Assembly (NCBI GenBank): GCA_903870815.1
Contig: CAIQEI010000032.1
Location: 1-54,286 of the forward strand
From: an uncultured Verrucomicrobia subdivision 3 bacterium
GTDB lineage: Bacteria > Verrucomicrobiota > Verrucomicrobiia > Limisphaerales > UBA11358
Length of the DNA stretch: 54,286 nt
Direction: 5' to 3'
In this document: piece after piece, positions 49,413 to 54,286 of the stretch
Layout: each line of letters begins with the position of its first letter
Numbering within the stretch: position 1 is the stretch's first letter
Notes under the pieces: generated by a model
Databases searched by the model: none
The model's input: the letters and a program-made list of their open reading frames with translations, nothing else
What the model was told of the DNA's origin: nothing
Made by a program: the position numbers and the translations under genes

Positions 49413-49766
49413 ATGTACGAGCATCACACCAAACCGCTGTTGCCGCGCAAGGTCTTTTACCGGCGCATCGTGGATCACGCGCTGCTCGGTGCGGCCGTCA
49501 TCGCCGTTTCGCTCGGCATCGGGATGACCGGCTATCACGAGTTCGAAGGTTTGCCGTGGGTGGACGCTTTCGTGAACGCCGCGATGATTCTTTCTGGGAT
49601 GGGGCCGGTCGCCACGCTGCAGACCAATGGCGGTAAAATCTTCGCCGGCTGCTATGCGCTTTTTAGCGGCCTCGCGCTGATCGCCATTCTGGGCATCATC
49701 TTTGCGCCGGTCATCCACCGCTTCCTCCACAAGTTTCATCTGGAAAACGAGGGGCGCAAGCCATAG
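49413..49766 (+). CDS. Small 2-TM protein with K+-channel-like pore topology
   Basis: TM - WVDAFVNAAMILSGMGP - TM. Start placed at ATG 49413. Confidence 0.75.
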   Translation: MYEHHTKPLLPRKVFYRRIVDHALLGAAVIAVSLGIGMTGYHEFEGLPWVDAFVNAAMILSGMGPVATLQTNGGKIFAGCYALFSGLALIAILGIIFAPVIHRFLHKFHLENEGRKP

Positions 49767-49823
49767 CCGGTTGCTTTTTGAATCTGTTTTACGCGTTGCG
49801 CGCGGCCCGCTATCCTGCGCGCG

Positions 49824-50678
49824 ATGAACACCGCTTTCACCAAATACCACGCGCTGGGCAACGACTACATTGTCATCCACCCGAAAGATCTGCCCGCGCC
49901 GCTCACCACAGAACAGGTCCGGACGATCTGTCACCGCAATTTCGGCGTCGGCTCGGACGGCATCCTGCTCGGTCCCCTGCCCTCGACGACGGCCAAGTGC
50001 GCGCTGAAGATTTACAATCCGGATGGCAGCATCGCCGAGAAAAGCGGCAACGGCCTGCGCATCTTCTCGCGCTTTCTCTGGGACTCAAAACTGGTCGGCA
50101 ACGAGGAGTTCGCCATCCAGACCGACGGCGGACTCGTCCGCTCCACCATTCTTGACGGCGGCCGGAGCGTGCGCGTGGAGATGGGTCGGGTGAGCTTTGA
50201 CAGTACCAAGATTCCCGTGGCGGGAGCGGCGCGCGAAGTCATCAATGAAAAGATCTCCGTCGGCGGACGCGAGTTCACCTATTGCACGGCGACCATCGGC
50301 AATCCGCATTGCGTCCTGCCGCTGCCTGAAATCAACGCGAAGCTGGCGCACGAATACGGGCCGCTGCTGGAGACGCACGCAAATTTCCCGCGCAAGACGA
50401 ACGTGCAGTTCCTGAAGGTCCTCGACCGCGCCAACATCCAGATCGAGATCTGGGAGCGCGGCGCGGGTTACACGCTGGCGAGCGGCAGCAGCAGCAGCGC
50501 TTCGGCGGCGGTGGCGCACAAGCTCGGCCTGGTGGACAACAACGTCACCGTGCATTGCCCCGGCGGCGATATCCAAATCGAAATCCGCGCCGGATTTGAC
50601 ATCCTGATGACCGGCAGCGTGACGCGTGTGGCCGAAGGCGTCATCTGCCCGGAAATATTTTCGGTGAAACTGGCGTGA
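49824..50678 (+). CDS. dapF: Diaminopimelate epimerase family protein (Ser/Ser active site)
   Basis: KYHALGNDY, GVGSDG, NPDGS.AEKSGNGLR, GNPHCV, TNVQF, WERGAGYTLASGSS. Confidence 0.9.
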   Translation: MNTAFTKYHALGNDYIVIHPKDLPAPLTTEQVRTICHRNFGVGSDGILLGPLPSTTAKCALKIYNPDGSIAEKSGNGLRIFSRFLWDSKLVGNEEFAIQTDGGLVRSTILDGGRSVRVEMGRVSFDSTKIPVAGAAREVINEKISVGGREFTYCTATIGNPHCVLPLPEINAKLAHEYGPLLETHANFPRKTNVQFLKVLDRANIQIEIWERGAGYTLASGSSSSASAAVAHKLGLVDNNVTVHCPGGDIQIEIRAGFDILMTGSVTRVAEGVICPEIFSVKLA

Positions 50679-50746
50679 CCAATAATCCTGCCGACCAGTG
50701 CGCAGCCTCCTGCGTTGCCCTTCTGGCCAGCGGGTGCGGCAATTGA

Positions 50747-51241
50747 TTATTTGGAGAGCGGTTGGAGCAGGATATCCCCGGCGTTCAGCACCGGATCACT
50801 GCCATCCGGCAGGTTGGTGAAGCTGCCCGTGCTGAAATTGGTCTGGCACGTAATATAGCCGGGGGCTTGAAACGAAAGCCGCACCGACCACCAAGTGCTG
50901 CGGCGGAAGAGGGTCATATATTGCTGGCCCGGCACCAGAAAACTTCCGTCGGCACCGGTCGTCTCGGGCCGGTCTTGCTGCAACATTTGCGCGCCTTTGG
51001 CCGGAGCGCCGGCGTTGGCAGCCTGCCCCGGCACCACGCGGATGACCCGGACGCCGGCCAGCGGCTGATGCGTGTCCGCCGCGACCACCCGCCCGTTGAT
51101 TTCCGGCTGAACGCAGCTGGATGGGCCAAAGGATTGGCAACCGACCAAGCCCAGCAGGCTGAGAAATAATCCAATCAAGCCCGCCCGTTTCGCGGGCTGG
51201 GGCGGTTGGCTACGAAACTTCCGGGAGATTTTTAGCGACAT
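50747..51241 (-). CDS. Lipoprotein with carboxypeptidase-regulatory-like (prealbumin) fold
   Basis: Lipobox LVGC; GRVVAADTHQPLAGVRV...TGADGSF...APGY. Confidence 0.75.
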   Translation of the reverse strand: MSLKISRKFRSQPPQPAKRAGLIGLFLSLLGLVGCQSFGPSSCVQPEINGRVVAADTHQPLAGVRVIRVVPGQAANAGAPAKGAQMLQQDRPETTGADGSFLVPGQQYMTLFRRSTWWSVRLSFQAPGYITCQTNFSTGSFTNLPDGSDPVLNAGDILLQPLSK

Positions 51242-51415
51242 TGATTTAGGGGCGCGCCGGGCTGCGGATTATTCCACACACCGGCGTTGCCTGGGTTTCT
51301 GTTTATTCAATTTACGACCAACTTACACACTTCTTTGCCTGACCGGTTCGACGGCCAATCCGCGAGTAGTTTAAATGGCGTCGCCTCTTCACAGTTATTC
51401 CTGCCGGGATTGAAC

Positions 51416-52708
51416 TTACATCCGGCTCCGGGGTCGGACCGGCTGTTTTTTTAGTTCGGCCACGATGCGATCCACTTCGGGGATGGCATGGGCGAAGTAT
51501 TGCTTAAAGCCGCGGCAGAGATAGTTCAGCCCCGGTTCGCCGGTAGGCGTGCGAATGATGCGGTTCTTCGGGCATTCGCCCCAGCAGTCCGTGAGATAGG
51601 CGCATTGCCGGCAATACTGCGGCAAGGTCTCGTTTTTGGCATAGCCGAATTTCACCTGGGTCCGGGAAAACACCTGGCTGTCCAGCGCCTGGTCCTTGAG
51701 ATTGCCCACGCGATACTCCGGATAAACATAGTGGTCGCAGGAATAAACGCTGCCGTCGTGCTCCACCGCCAGGCCTTTGCCGCAAAATTCACCGTAGATG
51801 CAAATCTGCGAACCCAGGCCCATGTGCTGCGAAACCAGCGTCTCGAAATGATTGATCAGAATTTTGCCGAAGTCATTCCGTCGCCATTCATCAAACACCT
51901 TGCAGAGGAAATAGCCCCAATCGTCCGGATCCACCGTCCAGTCCGTCACGATGGAATTCGGATGGTCGGGCCGGGCCTCGGGATCGCCGTCTTTCGGCAG
52001 GGCGGCGTTGTCCCACTTATGCGGCGCGGTTTTCTCGAAGCCCTTGTATTCCACAATGGGAATGAACTGCATGTAAGTGGAACCGACCTCGTTGCGGAGA
52101 AAGCGATAGACATCCAGCGGCTTCCGGGCGTTGTAGCGGTTGACGCAGGTCAGGGTGTTGAACGGGATGCCATAGCGCTGGAACAGCTTCGCCGTGCTAA
52201 AAACCTTGTCAAACGTGGGCTTCCCGCCCTTCGTGACGCGATACTTGTCGTGGATTTCCTTCGGCCCGTCAATGCTCAAGCCGACGAGAAACCGATTGGC
52301 CTTGAGGAACTCGCACCATTCCTCGTTGATCAACGTGCCGTTGGTCTGGAGGTCGTTCTGGATGGTCTGGAACGGCTTGGCGTATTTTTTCTCCAGCGCA
52401 ACGACTTTGCGGAAGAAATCCAGGCCCATCAACGTCGGCTCGCCGCCCTGCCAGGAAAACACCACCTCCGGGCCCGTCACGCCGGCAATGTATTGCTGGA
52501 TGAATTTCTCCAGCACTTCATCGGACATCCGGCCGGTGCCGGGACCGCCGGGCAGCGTCTCCTTGCTCAGATAAAAACAGTAGCTGCAATCCAGGTTGCA
52601 GGTGGAACCGCTGGGCTTGGCCATGACATGGAACCGCCGGCGCGCCTGGTTGCCCAGTAACAGGGGCGCGTCATATTTGTCCGTCATGCGGTCGGGGGCA
52701 GTTTTCAT
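51416..52708 (-). CDS. Anaerobic sulfatase maturase (radical SAM/SPASM)
   Basis: KPSGSTCNLDCSYCFY, WQGGEPTL, LQTNGTL, YSCDHYV, CRQC...CWGECPKNR...NYLC. Start uncertain (52687-52738). Confidence 0.93.
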   Translation of the reverse strand: MKTAPDRMTDKYDAPLLLGNQARRRFHVMAKPSGSTCNLDCSYCFYLSKETLPGGPGTGRMSDEVLEKFIQQYIAGVTGPEVVFSWQGGEPTLMGLDFFRKVVALEKKYAKPFQTIQNDLQTNGTLINEEWCEFLKANRFLVGLSIDGPKEIHDKYRVTKGGKPTFDKVFSTAKLFQRYGIPFNTLTCVNRYNARKPLDVYRFLRNEVGSTYMQFIPIVEYKGFEKTAPHKWDNAALPKDGDPEARPDHPNSIVTDWTVDPDDWGYFLCKVFDEWRRNDFGKILINHFETLVSQHMGLGSQICIYGEFCGKGLAVEHDGSVYSCDHYVYPEYRVGNLKDQALDSQVFSRTQVKFGYAKNETLPQYCRQCAYLTDCWGECPKNRIIRTPTGEPGLNYLCRGFKQYFAHAIPEVDRIVAELKKQPVRPRSRM

Positions 52709-53125
52709 CGGGGATGCCTGGCCAAATGATGGGGTCATTCGGCCCGGATGCCGTCAGTTAAGCCATCGGGCGCAATACAAGTAAAGACTTTTCACATGTC
52801 CGATCTCGCCACGCTACCGGAGTCGAAGGTGCGACCGGCCTATTGGCTGGAGCGCGTGGCGGAACAGGTTGGCAAAAATTACCCTCCGCCAAAATGACCT
52901 GGTTCTGCCAGGGGATATGACATGGCGACAACGAAAATCACAGATTTCTAATCCCTGCCCTCGTGACGGGAAAAGTTCTTCGAAGGTTTGCTGGAAAGGT
53001 CAAGGGCTGGAAGTCCAATCCCAACATGTGGGGCGACTGACACCGATGCGGAGAATATTTTCCCGAAACCGCGTGCGTCGGCCGAAACCTTCTCATATCA
53101 TACCCCCCCGTTGGTTTAAACCTTT

Positions 53126-54286
53126 ATGTCTGCACAAATTGATCAGACTCCGCCAGCCATAGCGCCGGTCGCCACCAAGCGCAACGACCTTGAAATCAAG
53201 GATGCCCATCTCATTTTCGAATCCATCTGGCGGGAATTGGAGGCGGAATTTGGCCGCGAACACCTGCGTTTCCCCAAGGAGATCATCCTGCTTGGGGGCG
53301 CACCAGGTGCCGGCAAAGGAACCAACACCGCCTTCATCGCCAAGGTGCGGGGCTTGACTTGCCAGCCGATCGTGATCAGTTCGCTGCTCAATTCGACGGA
53401 AGCCCGGGCGTTGAAAAATACCGGCACCATGGTCGGTGACCGGGATGTGATCGGGCTGGTATTGCGGGAACTGCTCCGCTCGGAATATCATGACGGGGTC
53501 ATTCTGGATGGTTTCCCGCGCACCCATGTTCAGGTCGAGTGCTTGAAACTGCTGGTGGACAAAATGCACGCGCTGCGCCGCGAATTTTACCACACCCCGT
53601 TAAGCATTCATTTTCGCCAGCCCACGATCCACATCATGGTGCTCTTCGTGGACGAAAAGGAATCCGTGGCCCGCCAGCTCAAACGCGGACGCGAAACCAA
53701 AGCCCTCATCGAATCCCCAACGCGGACAGCCAACCGCCCGCTGCCCGAAGACCGTCCGACCGATCACGATGAAGCGCTAGCCAGCCGGCGCTACCGCGTA
53801 TTCAAGGAGCAAACCTGGGAGGCCTTGCAGTCCTTGAAGGAGATTTTTCATTACCACTTCATCAACGCCCAGGGCCCGGTGGCGGAAGTTGAGGCCAACA
53901 TCCTGAACGAACTGGAATACCAAAGCACGTTGGAGCTCGACCCGCGCACCGTGGACCGCCTCCGAGGCGTGCCCGTGGCCAGCCAGATCATCATCCACGC
54001 CCGGCAGGAATTGGTGAAACGGCTCGATGGCTATGAACTCGAACACGGACCGCTGTTCGCCCGGGTGGTCGCTTTCATTGAAGAAAAAATCCTACCAATC
54101 GTGTTGCGGCACGCGATTTCCGGCACCGCGCATATTAACACGGAAGCCAGTCTTTTGGATGATCGCCAGGCGCTGGCCATGCTGATCGATGTGTTTTCGG
54201 AACGAGGCTATCACGCCGACGTGGATATTCACCGGATCGAAATTCCGGATCACGTCGACCTCGCAACCGGCAAAGTGACTTGCCGG
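53126..54286 (+). CDS. Adenylate-kinase-family protein, long form; truncated by the window end
   Basis: Not in the ORF track because there is no stop in the window. Hand translation: MSAQIDQ...FPKEIILLGGAPGAGKGTN...ILDGFPRT. Confidence 0.88.
   Translation, partial: MSAQIDQTPPAIAPVATKRNDLEIKDAHLIFESIWRELEAEFGREHLRFPKEIILLGGAPGAGKGTNTAFIAKVRGLTCQPIVISSLLNSTEARALKNTGTMVGDRDVIGLVLRELLRSEYHDGVILDGFPRTHVQVECLKLLVDKMHALRREFYHTPLSIHFRQPTIHIMVLFVDEKESVARQLKRGRETKALIESPTRTANRPLPEDRPTDHDEALASRRYRVFKEQTWEALQSLKEIFHYHFINAQGPVAEVEANILNELEYQSTLELDPRTVDRLRGVPVASQIIIHARQELVKRLDGYELEHGPLFARVVAFIEEKILPIVLRHAISGTAHINTEASLLDDRQALAMLIDVFSERGYHADVDIHRIEIPDHVDLATGKVTCR

Overview
GC-rich bacterial chromosomal window. 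Gene types and repeat families suggest Verrucomicrobiota (inference, no marker-gene search run). The backbone is housekeeping and metabolic genes: lepA, lepB, SDR, glgA, serS, leuD, a Ser/Thr kinase, yhbY, maf, aroK, queG, a tripartite RND pump, DUF2207-lemA, tRNA-Pro(UGG), pgi, pgl, ispH, dgt, an M3 peptidase, a POT transporter, dapF, an anaerobic sulfatase maturase and a long adenylate-kinase-like gene running off the end. The most unusual element is a 10-gene respiratory operon (26096-37318, minus strand). It encodes alternative complex III (actA-B-C-D-E-F plus an actG-like gene), then a cbb3 subunit I (CcoN) homologue lacking all six heme/Cu histidine ligands, a CcoO-like cytochrome with an inserted ribosomal L7/L12 C-terminal-like domain, and a membrane-anchored cytochrome c. 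Other observations: three integrase-less, AT-richer islands of small genes bounded by attC-like or core sites; a DapF with both catalytic Cys replaced by Ser; a 21-nt/heptad-repeat ORF divergent from an orphan helical+Ig-like gene; and several REP-like and heptamer repeats.
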